Part shown: positions 27,696 through 36,932 of the stretch, piece after piece
Numbering within the stretch: the stretch's first letter is position 1
How the letters are laid out: every line of letters starts with the position of its first letter
From: Bacteroidales bacterium
GTDB taxonomy: Bacteria; Bacteroidota; Bacteroidia; Bacteroidales; UBA1715
Length of the DNA stretch: 64,000 bases
Direction: 5' to 3'
Assembly (NCBI GenBank): GCA_017552705.1
Contig: JAFZOY010000156.1
Span: 7,319 to 71,318 of the forward strand
Notes under the pieces: model-generated
Databases searched by the model: none
Told to the model about the DNA's origin: nothing
What the model saw: only the letters and a program-made list of their open reading frames with translations
Made by a program: the position numbers and the translations under genes

Positions 27696-28136
27696 ATGTT
27701 AGAGCAATTAGGATATTTTGGATTGTTTATCGGCTCGTTTTTGGCATCAACGATTGTGCCGTTTAGTGCGGATGCGTTGTTGATTGGCTCGCTTGTTGCC
27801 GGATTGGATATGTTCCTGTGTCTAGTTCTGGCAACCGTAGGAAATTGGCTCGGTGGATTAACGTCGTATGCTATTGGATGGCTCGGCAATATGGAACGCA
27901 TAGAAAAATGGTTCAAAATCAGTCCCGAAAAATTGGAGAAACAGCGCGAAGTTGTTTCCCGTTGGGGCAGTCTGCTGGCATTTGTAACATGGTTGCCGTT
28001 TGTGGGCGATGTGTTTTCCATAGCCCTTGGGTTCTACAAAATCAACTGGTGGCGATGTGCGTTGTGGATGTTTGTAGGCAGAGCCTTACGCTTTGTGGTG
28101 TGGATTATTCTTTTTGAGAATACAAATCTTTTATAA
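27696..28136 (+). CDS. YqaA/DedA-related small membrane protein
   Basis: GYFGLFIGSFLASTIVPFSADALL... and four TM segments. ATG 1 nt after the hicB stop (TGAgATG). Confidence 0.7.
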   Translation: MLEQLGYFGLFIGSFLASTIVPFSADALLIGSLVAGLDMFLCLVLATVGNWLGGLTSYAIGWLGNMERIEKWFKISPEKLEKQREVVSRWGSLLAFVTWLPFVGDVFSIALGFYKINWWRCALWMFVGRALRFVVWIILFENTNLL

Positions 28137-28156
28137 GAATCAAAAAACGGGGAAAT

Positions 28157-28190
28157 AAAAAAGCCTCATCAGAAACTGACAAGGCTTTTA
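28157..28190. terminator. bidirectional hairpin between convergent yqaA-like and DUF4295 genes
   Basis: aaaagcct-N15-aggctttt: 8-bp stem flanked by an A-run and a T-run. The large loop lowers confidence. Confidence 0.4.
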
Positions 28191-28210
28191 CAGTATATAA
28201 GTAAGAAATC

Positions 28211-28369
28211 TTATTTCTTATTCAAATATGCTTGAACTTCGCTGTTAGGAACGATTTCTTCAGTGAAGATGTATGCACCTGTTTTTGCCGACTTCACCGA
28301 CTTAATTACTTTTGTATAATCTTTTCCTGCACCTTTTTCGTGAAGAGTTGCAACTACTTTCTTTGCCAT
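28211..28369 (-). CDS. DUF4295-type small protein (52 aa) that follows rpmG in Bacteroidota
   Basis: Not in ORF track (<60 aa). Translation: MAKKVVATLHEKGAGKDYTKVIKSVKSAKTGAYIFTEEIVPNSEVQAYLNKK. Located 9 nt downstream of rpmG. The family name is from memory. Confidence 0.65.
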   Translation of the reverse strand: MAKKVVATLHEKGAGKDYTKVIKSVKSAKTGAYIFTEEIVPNSEVQAYLNKK

Positions 28370-28378
28370 AATTCAGTA

Positions 28379-28561
28379 TTATTTTATTTCTCTGTGAACA
28401 GTTACTTTTCTTAAATACGGATTGTATTTTTTCATTTCCAATCTGTCAGGAACATTTTTACGATTCTTAGTCGTGATGTAACGTGACATTCCTGGAACGC
28501 CGCTTTCTTTTTGCTCTGTGCATTCAAGAATAACTTGTACTCTATTACCTTTCTTTGCCAT
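28379..28561 (-). CDS. rpmG: 50S ribosomal protein L33
   Basis: [54 protein letters not shown]. Confidence 0.95.
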   Translation of the reverse strand: MAKKGNRVQVILECTEQKESGVPGMSRYITTKNRKNVPDRLEMKKYNPYLRKVTVHREIK

Positions 28562-28572
28562 TGCTGTTATTA

Positions 28573-28815
28573 TTAATAGTTTTGAATATATCCTTTTTCT
28601 TTTGCTTCCTTAAGAGCTTGGCTCAAGCCTTTCTTGTTGATGGTTCTGATTCCATTTGCCGAAACACGAAGTGTGATCCATCTATCTTCTTCTGCCAAAT
28701 AGAATTTCTTTTCTTTTAAGTTAACATCAAAAACGCGTTTCGTCTTTACGTTTGAGTGGGAAACATTGTTTCCGCTCATCGCTCTCTTTCCTGTGATTTG
28801 ACAAATTCTATACAT
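28573..28815 (-). CDS. rpmB: 50S ribosomal protein L28
   Basis: [31 protein letters not shown]...[14 protein letters not shown]. Confidence 0.95.
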   Translation of the reverse strand: MYRICQITGKRAMSGNNVSHSNVKTKRVFDVNLKEKKFYLAEEDRWITLRVSANGIRTINKKGLSQALKEAKEKGYIQNY

Positions 28816-28923
28816 TGTATTATACTATTTGCTATATTTGTACTCGTACCTCTTAAATTGGGTTGCAAAATAACTGAAAAAATTTCAAATAAAAAAATAT
28901 CTATCAAAGTTTTTTTCGAGGAT

Positions 28924-29430
28924 TTATTTCTCGCCTATTGATTGTACGATTTGTTTGCAATACGGCACTATCGACTCGTTTTTTTCAATCTTTATTCCTT
29001 TTATACCGGCACGTTCCGCAGCCTCAATATCGCGTGAGCCATCGCCGATGAGAAAGGATTTTTTCCTATCGATATTGAATTTCTCAATTGCCTGCTCAAT
29101 GAGCAATGTTCCAGGTTTGCGACATTCGCACGGGCCACTAATGTCGGGATAATGGGGACAATAATACACGCCGGCGATTGTAATTCCCTGCTTTTGCAAT
29201 TCATCGCACATATATTTATGTAGGACTTCAACATCGTGTTCGGTGTATAATCCTTTTGCCACGCCTGCCTGATTGGTAATCACCACGAATATAAATCCCG
29301 CGTCGCGGAGCATTTGAAGTCCTTCAAAGACACCTTCGTTGAACGTAAAATCAGAAATTTTGTAGGTATAATATAATGTACCGTCGTTTATTACACCGTC
29401 CCTATCAAGAAAAATCGCCTTTGTTCCCAT
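28924..29430 (-). CDS. gmhB: D-glycero-beta-D-manno-heptose 1,7-bisphosphate 7-phosphatase-like HAD-IIIA hydrolase
   Basis: AIFLDRDGVIN (DxDG), VITNQAGVAKG, YYCPHYP..GPCECRKP (Zn-binding Cys pattern), IGDGSRD. Confidence 0.8.
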   Translation of the reverse strand: MGTKAIFLDRDGVINDGTLYYTYKISDFTFNEGVFEGLQMLRDAGFIFVVITNQAGVAKGLYTEHDVEVLHKYMCDELQKQGITIAGVYYCPHYPDISGPCECRKPGTLLIEQAIEKFNIDRKKSFLIGDGSRDIEAAERAGIKGIKIEKNESIVPYCKQIVQSIGEK

Positions 29431-29432
29431 AA

Positions 29433-30209
29433 TTATAAGTCTATTTTAAGTCCATCGTAGGCAAGGAACACATTGGGCGGCAAGATTTTGCTCGTCTCCG
29501 CATAGAATCCCATGCTGTGGCTGCAATGTGTTAGGTACGCCTGTTTGGGCTGCAAGGTTTGGATTATTTCGAGCACCTGCGAAACACAAAAATGAGAATA
29601 ATGCGGTTCGAAACGCAATGAATTGATTACCAGACACTCAACTCCTTCGAGCAATGCCATAGTTTCCGGCGGAATACTTGACGCGTCGGTGATGTAGGCG
29701 AACTGTCCGATGCGATAGCCGAAAATCGGAAGATTCAGATGGAGCACACGCAACGGCTGGATTGTAATTCCCTCATATTCAAACGGTTCTTCAGTAATAG
29801 TTTGTACATTCATCATAGGAGAACCTGGGTAGGGATGTTCGGCAAAAACGTATGAATATTCCCGCTTTATGGCGTCAACAACGCGTTGTTCCGCAAAAAT
29901 CGGCATAGCCTCATGCCGCATGAAATTAAACGGGCGAATATCGTCGAGGCCGGCAAGGTGGTCTTTATGTTCGTGCGTAATGAGCAACGCATCGAGCGAG
30001 GTAATGTTGTTGGTGAGCATTTGCTGGCGGAAATCGCACCCTGCATCTATCACAAGATGAACCCCGTCAACATCAAGGAAGAACGCCGTCCGAAGCCGTT
30101 TGTCGCGAGAATCAGACGAATGGCAAACAGCACACTCACAGCCAATTACAGGCACGCCCTGCGATGTCCCCGTTCCAAGAAAAATCCCATGTATCGAATA
30201 CCTATTCAT
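29433..30209 (-). CDS. MBL-fold metallo-hydrolase (PhnP-like)
   Basis: LGTGTSQGVP..GCEC..C, ITHEHKDHLAGLDD (HxHxDH motif). Confidence 0.8.
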   Translation of the reverse strand: MNRYSIHGIFLGTGTSQGVPVIGCECAVCHSSDSRDKRLRTAFFLDVDGVHLVIDAGCDFRQQMLTNNITSLDALLITHEHKDHLAGLDDIRPFNFMRHEAMPIFAEQRVVDAIKREYSYVFAEHPYPGSPMMNVQTITEEPFEYEGITIQPLRVLHLNLPIFGYRIGQFAYITDASSIPPETMALLEGVECLVINSLRFEPHYSHFCVSQVLEIIQTLQPKQAYLTHCSHSMGFYAETSKILPPNVFLAYDGLKIDL

Positions 30210-32292
30210 TCTCTGGCTCTTCTGTTTGTTTGGTTTCGGGATACGGAATGCGTGCGTGGTAGAGATTTATCAGTTTTTCAACAAACACGCCTTTCACCAC
30301 ATCCAAATCTTTCAATGTAATATCGGCAAACTCCAATTGCTTGCTTTGAATCAGATTTCCAATCACCTTTTCCACCAACGCCTCGATTTGTTCACGTGTT
30401 TCCAGATGCATACTCCGCGAAGCAGCCTCAACGCCATCGGCAAGCATTATGACAGCCAACTCACGATTCACAACTTTCGAAGTCGGATATTGGAATATTG
30501 TTTCGTCAACAGGTTCGCCTGGATGCATTTTCTTATATTTATCAAGGAAAAACGCTGTTTTTGAATTTCCGTGATGTCCGTAAATAATCTGTTCCAAAGC
30601 TGCCGGAAGTCCATGTTTTCGGGCAAGTTCCTTTCCATACACAACGTGGTCGATAATAATCTGCGCACTTTTTTCAGGAGGAAGATTATCGTGGGGATTT
30701 TCCTTAAACGTCTGGTTTTCAACAAAAAACGCTGGATTTTTCAATTTACCGACATCGTGGTACAAACCGCCAATGCGTCCGAGAAGTTCATTTCCACCAA
30801 TTTCACGAAGCGCAACCTCAACGAAATTTGCAACCTGCAACGAATGTTGGAATGTGCCAGGTGCCTTGTCAGACAGTTCACGGAGCAATCCCCTGCTTGT
30901 ATCGGACAACTCAAACAATGTGATGTCGGACGGAAAGCGGAATATTTTTTCAAATATGAAAATAAGCAGATACGTGGTAAGCAACAGCACGCAGCTTGCC
31001 AAGAACCATAATAATTGTGTCCACTCTATATCGCCCAAACCGCCAAGCTTTACCAACGAGAGTCCGAAGTAAATAACTGTATATGAGACAAATGATATGA
31101 TTGCCGTCCAGAACAGAAAACTTCGCTGGTAATGGTTGCCCAAACTATACACCGCAATCACACCGACCGAAATCTGTAAAAATGTGAAATCGAACGGGTT
31201 AGGCGCAATAAATCCGATAATCAACATAGTAACCACATGCACGAACAAAGCCACACGTTCGTTCATAAAATTCTTTATCAGAATCGGCAACGCCACGTAT
31301 GGAATCAGGTAGATGCTTACGTGGTTGAATTTGAGCGTAGCCGTTGCCATGGCAATAAAAAGCACCACCACCGAAACAATGAAAAACGAATATTTCACGC
31401 TTTTGAACACATCGGGATCGGAATAATGGATTAGCAATATCAAGACAAAGAATGCCACCAAAATCAGGATAAACTGTCCACCCAAAATGGCGAGTTTTCC
31501 ATCGAACGTAACATTCCCCGATTCATATTCCTTTTTCAGGGAATCGAGCACTTTCTTATCTTTTTCCGTCACCACGGAACCGCGGCTAATGATACGTGTG
31601 CCCTCGCCCACAAATCCATATTTCTCGGAAACAGCCGAAAGCAATTCAGCCTTTCGCTGCGACGATGCCGCATCGTCATATAATGTATTAGGGACCAACG
31701 CCGTATAAATAATTTCCTTGAACTTCGCCCGCTGTGTGGAATCGAACCGTTCCGGAATTTTTTGCATCAAATCGCCGTGCGCCTCAGGCAATGTGCGGAT
31801 TGAATGGATAGAAAACCGCATATACTGTCCACTTTTTGCGACCAACAACGTTTTATACGGTTTTTGAACATCAATAATACCGAAATCGTAGATGGTATGC
31901 AGCAAACGCTCGAATTCCACCAATCCCTGCGACTTCATCAGCGAATGGTAATCGTTGATGGAATCAGGCACAAAATGACCAAGCAACAAGGTGTAACGGG
32001 AAAAAATCGTATCGGTCACACGTTTATATACAGTGGAATCGTAGTTGTAGCACGGAGAAAATTTCTGCATCACGCTGTCGCGTTGCTTGCTGATTTCCTC
32101 TTCGGTCTTGTCGATTGAGAAACTAAACGGCGCGTACAAATCGTCATGGAACCACACTTTGTTTTGCTGATATTCATACTCGAACTTCTTTTCGTTCGGA
32201 AGTAACAACATTATCAACGCAATGCCGAATGAGAACAGCATCATCGATAAAATCACAGCCTTATTTTTTTTCAAAAACGGAAAAATTCCCAT
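30202..32292 (-). CDS. 7TM receptor with intracellular HD/HDIG phosphohydrolase domain (PgpH/YqfF-like)
   Basis: N-terminal extracytoplasmic region, seven TM helices, GTFQHSLQVANF, GGLYHDVGK, HHG. Start set to MGIFPFLKK at 32292. Confidence 0.85.
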   Translation of the reverse strand: MGIFPFLKKNKAVILSMMLFSFGIALIMLLLPNEKKFEYEYQQNKVWFHDDLYAPFSFSIDKTEEEISKQRDSVMQKFSPCYNYDSTVYKRVTDTIFSRYTLLLGHFVPDSINDYHSLMKSQGLVEFERLLHTIYDFGIIDVQKPYKTLLVAKSGQYMRFSIHSIRTLPEAHGDLMQKIPERFDSTQRAKFKEIIYTALVPNTLYDDAASSQRKAELLSAVSEKYGFVGEGTRIISRGSVVTEKDKKVLDSLKKEYESGNVTFDGKLAILGGQFILILVAFFVLILLIHYSDPDVFKSVKYSFFIVSVVVLFIAMATATLKFNHVSIYLIPYVALPILIKNFMNERVALFVHVVTMLIIGFIAPNPFDFTFLQISVGVIAVYSLGNHYQRSFLFWTAIISFVSYTVIYFGLSLVKLGGLGDIEWTQLLWFLASCVLLLTTYLLIFIFEKIFRFPSDITLFELSDTSRGLLRELSDKAPGTFQHSLQVANFVEVALREIGGNELLGRIGGLYHDVGKLKNPAFFVENQTFKENPHDNLPPEKSAQIIIDHVVYGKELARKHGLPAALEQIIYGHHGNSKTAFFLDKYKKMHPGEPVDETIFQYPTSKVVNRELAVIMLADGVEAASRSMHLETREQIEALVEKVIGNLIQSKQLEFADITLKDLDVVKGVFVEKLINLYHARIPYPETKQTEEPENE

Positions 32293-32363
32293 CGTTACAT
32301 TTTTAATTTTCAAATTCGCAAGTAAAAATATATATTTACGCTCAATTTTTAAGCATAAATCTG

Positions 32364-33032
32364 ATGGCAAAATTACGATTAGTTTTCAATGTTGAGGAAG
32401 AGACCCTGATAAACAAGGATTTTTTTATTCAAAAAGACCTTTTGAACCACATTGCGATGGTTCTTTCAAACATCAGAAACAGCGAAAGCGATGTGATTCT
32501 GGTCACCGCTGGAGCAATTGCGTCGGGAATCGAGCAAACGGGCCTGCGCAAATACCCGAAAGCCCTGAGCGACAAGCAGGCATTGGCCGCGATTGGACAA
32601 GTGGAGTTGATTAAACGCTACCAAAACATTTTCGACGAATATACCCAAATGATTGCACAAGTGTTGCTTGCACGCGATATTTTCAACAATCCGAAGCAGC
32701 AATTCAACGCAAGAAACACTTTTAAGAAACTTCTTTCGCTGGGAATCATACCTGTTATCAACGAAAACGACACGATTTCGACCGCCGACATCGAACTCGA
32801 AACCAACTATATGCTGACGGTTACGGTGGCAAATATTATTTCAGCGCACGCATTGATACAAATCAACAAAGATTTGTCGTTCAACGTGTTGTTCAAAGGC
32901 GATTCGTTCAGTTACTACTGCAAAGACAAAGATGCATTGTTCAAAATGATACGTGAATTTGCAGGACAGAAAAATTTAGGCAGAAAAGACTATCCATCGG
33001 TATTTCCAACCGAGACCAAGAAATACGAATAG
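32364..33032 (+). CDS. glutamate 5-kinase (ProB) N-lobe-like protein, catalytic motifs not conserved
   Basis: Clear similarity to ProB: VILVTAGAIASG, DKQALAAIGQVELIKRYQNIF, AQVLLARDIF, FNARNTFKKLLSLGIIPVINENDTIST. But VVKlGtS reads VFNVEEE, GDND reads ETNY, and the ATP-binding C-lobe is absent. Confidence 0.6.
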   Translation: MAKLRLVFNVEEETLINKDFFIQKDLLNHIAMVLSNIRNSESDVILVTAGAIASGIEQTGLRKYPKALSDKQALAAIGQVELIKRYQNIFDEYTQMIAQVLLARDIFNNPKQQFNARNTFKKLLSLGIIPVINENDTISTADIELETNYMLTVTVANIISAHALIQINKDLSFNVLFKGDSFSYYCKDKDALFKMIREFAGQKNLGRKDYPSVFPTETKKYE

Positions 33033-33832
33033 TGGAAAAAAAGTTTTGCATCGCAAACGGTGACTTGGTGAAAATAGACGCACTCCGTTCCGCCCCTATT
33101 TTCATGCTCAACGACTATGTGACTGATATTCTTAGACTTTACAACACAAAAACACTTTGTTTGGGAATGCACATTAATAATATTCAGGCGGCGATGGCAA
33201 TCAAACACAAAAACCTTCCGCCGGAATTCACCGCGGAATACCTCGACCGACGCATCAGGAGTTTGTTGAACGTGAACAATGTATATAAAGGTGGTTCCTG
33301 CCGTCTGCTTGTGTATTGGCAGACGTTTCCCGAACAAACCGAACCGCAATTTTGCATTTTCACCGAACCGCTTGAGTCGGTTGACTACAAATTCAACACC
33401 AAAGGCTACATATTGGAAATGAGAGATTTACAAACAGAAATTTCCCAATATATTCCACTTACCTCCCAAACCGAAACGCCAGAAACGCTTATCTGCGAAT
33501 TCGACAAACATGGGAAAACGTATACCGCTGGGAACCACGACATTATACTCATTCACGACACCCAACTGACGGTATGCGAAACCACGTTGCCGTTCACCAC
33601 ATATTTTCTGTCGTATCTTGCCCGAAATCAATGGAAAATCAAAAAAGTGCCCTATTTCACAAAACAAGACTTTGACGAATGCACTGAAATATGTATTTGT
33701 AACCAATTCTCTGGAATCCAATGGATTCGGAGACTTTACCATACAGAACATTCCGAACAATATGCTTCGTTCGCAACAAAACAAGCCCAAAAACTTTTTG
33801 CGGAATTAGCCACAGCAGTAACAGAAATGTAG
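33032..33832 (+). CDS. aminotransferase class IV / aminodeoxychorismate-lyase-like fold protein (tentative, degenerate)
   Basis: Layout resembles class IV enzymes (NGDLV...; H.NNIQAAM; CRLLVYW; GNHDIILIHDTQLTV; ECTEICICNQFSGIQWIRRL). No obvious counterpart of the PLP lysine. GTG start overlaps the upstream TAG (TAGTG). Confidence 0.4.
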   Translation: MEKKFCIANGDLVKIDALRSAPIFMLNDYVTDILRLYNTKTLCLGMHINNIQAAMAIKHKNLPPEFTAEYLDRRIRSLLNVNNVYKGGSCRLLVYWQTFPEQTEPQFCIFTEPLESVDYKFNTKGYILEMRDLQTEISQYIPLTSQTETPETLICEFDKHGKTYTAGNHDIILIHDTQLTVCETTLPFTTYFLSYLARNQWKIKKVPYFTKQDFDECTEICICNQFSGIQWIRRLYHTEHSEQYASFATKQAQKLFAELATAVTEM

Positions 33833-33836
33833 GAAC

Positions 33837-35276
33837 CTAATCCTCGTTCTTCAGGATATACAGAATATCTTTCACGCGAATCAAGCGAATCACGAACGCC
33901 AAAACGCACCCTATCACACAGAGAATCAACGCATTCCAAATCCAATTTTCACAAACCACATTCTTCAGGAAGAAAAACAATGCCACATTGATACCGATAA
34001 AACACAGCATTTTCGCAATATCCTTATATGGGATATGGAATTTGAAATACGTAATCGAAAGTACAATCTGAATCAACCCAGTAAGGAACTGAGTGACAAC
34101 GGAAACCGCTGCCGCACCAAGCGCACCGTACCTCGGAATGAAAATAGCATTGAACACAATGTTGAACACCATGCCACACGCCGCCATGCCATTCATTACT
34201 TTCATGCTGTTGTTAGCCGTAAGCAACGTGCCAAACACATACGACGATGAAATTGGTATGAACCCGATTATCAGCACATTAAATATCACCGACGACGTTT
34301 CCACATTATCGGTGTACATCAAATCCATCAATTCGTGGCTATGGAAACAGCATGCTATAACAAACACCAATACGGGCACCATAAGCAGCAAAAACGAGAA
34401 TTTTGTGAACTGTCCGAGCGGCTCCTTGTCCTTCAACATTTTGGCAAACATCGGCAACAGCAATGTGGCAAACAGATATGCGAACATACTCACCGCATCG
34501 AGTATGCGGTACGATTGCGCGTATATTCCCGCCTGCTCCGCCCCATTGGGCAGCATCTGCTCTATCATCACCATATCGATTCGGGTGTAAAGCCCCATCA
34601 GCAGCGTGAGTAGAGCGAACGGATACGTATGGCGTATGATTGTCCACAGAAAATGCAAATCGAAGTGAAACGAGAACGTTTTTGCTTTGGCAAGGACTAT
34701 ACAAAACGCTATCACACAAGGAATTGCATACGAGATTGTTTGCGCATACACAAACCATTCTATTTTGAAATTTTCTCTTTGGGTAAGCAGCAGATATCCA
34801 CAGATAATTATCATCAACGTCCTGTCTATCACCGAGATACAACTATCGGTTTTGTACATATACGTTCCCGAAATGTTTGAACGAAGATAGAGCAAAAACG
34901 AAAGCAGGAACTGATTGAAAATCAGCACGCTAAATATTTTAAATTGTTCGGCGGTGTATCCCAGGAAAAAGCCGACGATTCCGACAACCACAGCATACAG
35001 TACGCCGAGAAGACATTTCAGAATCACCATGCTCGAAAAATAGCGTGGTAAAAGATTGTTGTTTTGGGCAATATTTCTATTGTTGAAATTCGCAATGCCC
35101 ATATCGAGAATGATATTGAAAATGATTGACAGGCTGAACATTGCGGCATACATTCCGTATGATTCCGAACCAACCACATTTTGCACCGTTCTGTCTATTC
35201 CAAAAATGTAGAATGGCTTAATCAGCAGATTAAGAAACAATAACAGAACGAGATTGGTGACAAAAGTTTTTCTCAA
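33837..35276 (-). CDS. polysaccharide/oligosaccharide flippase (MOP/Wzx-type polysaccharide biosynthesis protein)
   Basis: 479 aa with about 12-14 TM helices. N-terminal pattern typical of Wzx-like proteins. Confidence 0.7.
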   Translation of the reverse strand: MRKTFVTNLVLLLFLNLLIKPFYIFGIDRTVQNVVGSESYGMYAAMFSLSIIFNIILDMGIANFNNRNIAQNNNLLPRYFSSMVILKCLLGVLYAVVVGIVGFFLGYTAEQFKIFSVLIFNQFLLSFLLYLRSNISGTYMYKTDSCISVIDRTLMIIICGYLLLTQRENFKIEWFVYAQTISYAIPCVIAFCIVLAKAKTFSFHFDLHFLWTIIRHTYPFALLTLLMGLYTRIDMVMIEQMLPNGAEQAGIYAQSYRILDAVSMFAYLFATLLLPMFAKMLKDKEPLGQFTKFSFLLLMVPVLVFVIACCFHSHELMDLMYTDNVETSSVIFNVLIIGFIPISSSYVFGTLLTANNSMKVMNGMAACGMVFNIVFNAIFIPRYGALGAAAVSVVTQFLTGLIQIVLSITYFKFHIPYKDIAKMLCFIGINVALFFFLKNVVCENWIWNALILCVIGCVLAFVIRLIRVKDILYILKNED

Positions 35277-35590
35277 AACAAATCAATTTTCAACGCACAA
35301 AAGTACATTTTTTCTGGTCAAGATTTAACTAATTCGCTTTCTTCAACTAAAAATCTTTTGGTTGGCGATTTTGCCGAATTTGCAAGATACGTTTTCTGGG
35401 CAATCTCTGGGCATTGTCTTGAATCTCATTCTCTATCTCAAATGATATCGTATTATTTTCACATATGTTATATTTTGCAATTTTTTTGCAAACATTTTGA
35501 AAAATTCACTTTCACAAACAAAGACAAAAAATCTACGAAACAAAACGAAATCAAGCACTTACGAGGATTTACAAATAGGAACTGAAAGAA

Positions 35591-35621
35591 AACAAAAAAG
35601 ACCTGCAATTGCTTGCAAGTC
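35591..35621 (-). terminator. rho-independent terminator downstream of tRNA-Met
   Basis: Minus strand: gacttgcaa-GCAA-ttgcaggtc (9-bp stem, one G-U) followed by ttttttgtttt. Confidence 0.7.
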
Positions 35622-35626
35622 TTTCG

Positions 35627-35700
35627 TAGCGAGAGGCGGGCATGATCCGCCGACCTCATGATTATGAATCATGCGCTCTAACCAGCTGAGCTACCTCGCC
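35627..35700 (-). tRNA. tRNA with CAU anticodon (elongator tRNA-Met type; lysidine-modified tRNA-Ile2 not excluded)
   Basis: GGCGAGG TA GCTC AGCTGGTTA GAGC G CATGA TTCATAA TCATG AGGTC GGCGG ATCATGC CCGCC TCTCGCT A. Cloverleaf folds. The anticodon stem lacks the three G-C pairs of initiators. No encoded CCA. Unusual T-loop. Confidence 0.8.
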
Positions 35701-35719
35701 ATGATTTCTAAATCGCTTG

Positions 35720-35727
35720 CAAAAGTA
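35720..35727 (-). promoter_or_regulatory. -7 box (TActTTTG on minus strand) upstream of tRNA-Met
   Basis: Reverse complement of caaaagta. Ends 19 nt before the tRNA 5' end. Confidence 0.4.
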
Positions 35728-35864
35728 TAAATAAATTTTACTCCACCAAGTTGAATATGAAAAAAAATGTAATTATTGTTGAAATCGTAGATATCCTACC
35801 GCATTTTGTCTCTTTTTGCCGCCAAAAGTCTATTTCCCATTCGCATACATATTGATTTATCTCA

Positions 35865-35872
35865 TATATTTG
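35865..35872 (+). promoter_or_regulatory. -7 box (TAtaTTTG) upstream of the epimerase/GH43 genes
   Basis: Perfect TAnnTTTG, 24 nt before the ATG at 35897. Confidence 0.45.
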
Positions 35873-35896
35873 TAGTGGTATATCTGTAGTTTTATT

Positions 35897-36928
35897 ATGA
35901 AAAAAGCGTTATTCATAGGTGGAACGGGCACTATCAGCACCGCCATCTCCAAACGGATTGCCCAGTCCGACGAATGGGAATTGTATGTATTGAACCGTGG
36001 CTCACGAAACAACATACTTCCCCAAAACGTGCACTCCATCGTGGTAAACGACGTAAACAAAGAGGCCGAGGTGACCAAAGCCCTCAACGGATTGTCGTTC
36101 GACTGCGTGTGTGATTTTATTTGTTTCGTGCCGTCACAGATTGAACGCGATTACCGCATTTTCAAAGGAAAAACGAAGCAATTTATGTTCATCAGTTCGG
36201 CATCGGCGTATCAAAAACCGCTCGGAAACTATGTGATAAACGAAGGCACACCGCTTGTAAATCCGTATTGGCAATATTCTCGCGACAAAATTGCCTGCGA
36301 GGATTTTCTGATGAAAAAATATCGCGATGAACAATTTCCAATCACCATAATCCGTCCCAGCCACACTTACGACGAACGGTCTATTCCGCTTGGCGTACAT
36401 GGCAAAAACGGCAGTTGGCAAGTTGTGAAACGTATGCTGGAAGGAAAACCTGTCATTATCCACGGTGACGGCACTTCGCTGTGGACGTTCACCCACAACA
36501 GCGACTTTGCAAAAGGATTTGTCGGTTTGATGGGGAATCCGCACGCCATAGGCGAAGCTTTCCAAATTACATCAGATGAATCGGTTACGTGGAATCAGGC
36601 ATATCAGAGCATTGCCAACGTTCTCGGCGTGGAATGCAAGCCCTACTACGTATCATCGGAGTTTCTTGCCTCCGTCGGCGATTTCGATTTCACTGGCAGT
36701 TTGATTGGCGATAAGGCAAATTCAGTGGTGTTCGACAATACGAAACTCAAACGTGCCGTTCCCGATTTCAAGGCAACCGTGCGTTTTGACCAAGGCGTTC
36801 GGAAAACTATCGAGTTTGTGCTTGCACATCCCGAATACCAAAAAGAAGACAAGGTATTTGACGCTTGGTGCGATGCCGTGATTGCTGAACTGGAACAGGC
36901 AAAACAACGATTAAACAGTAAGAAATAA
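35897..36928 (+). CDS. NAD-dependent epimerase/dehydratase family (extended SDR) protein
   Basis: N-terminal Rossmann motif FIGGTGTISTAI, 343 aa. Confidence 0.8.
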   Translation: MKKALFIGGTGTISTAISKRIAQSDEWELYVLNRGSRNNILPQNVHSIVVNDVNKEAEVTKALNGLSFDCVCDFICFVPSQIERDYRIFKGKTKQFMFISSASAYQKPLGNYVINEGTPLVNPYWQYSRDKIACEDFLMKKYRDEQFPITIIRPSHTYDERSIPLGVHGKNGSWQVVKRMLEGKPVIIHGDGTSLWTFTHNSDFAKGFVGLMGNPHAIGEAFQITSDESVTWNQAYQSIANVLGVECKPYYVSSEFLASVGDFDFTGSLIGDKANSVVFDNTKLKRAVPDFKATVRFDQGVRKTIEFVLAHPEYQKEDKVFDAWCDAVIAELEQAKQRLNSKK

Positions 36929-36932
36929 CGCT

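Noticed and set aside
35474-35492. Palindrome TTTGCAA-N5-TTGCAAA upstream of the flippase gene, considered as an invertible-promoter repeat or operator
   Set aside because: It is a single short AT-rich palindrome with no second distant inverted copy and no nearby recombinase. It is insufficient to propose phase variation.
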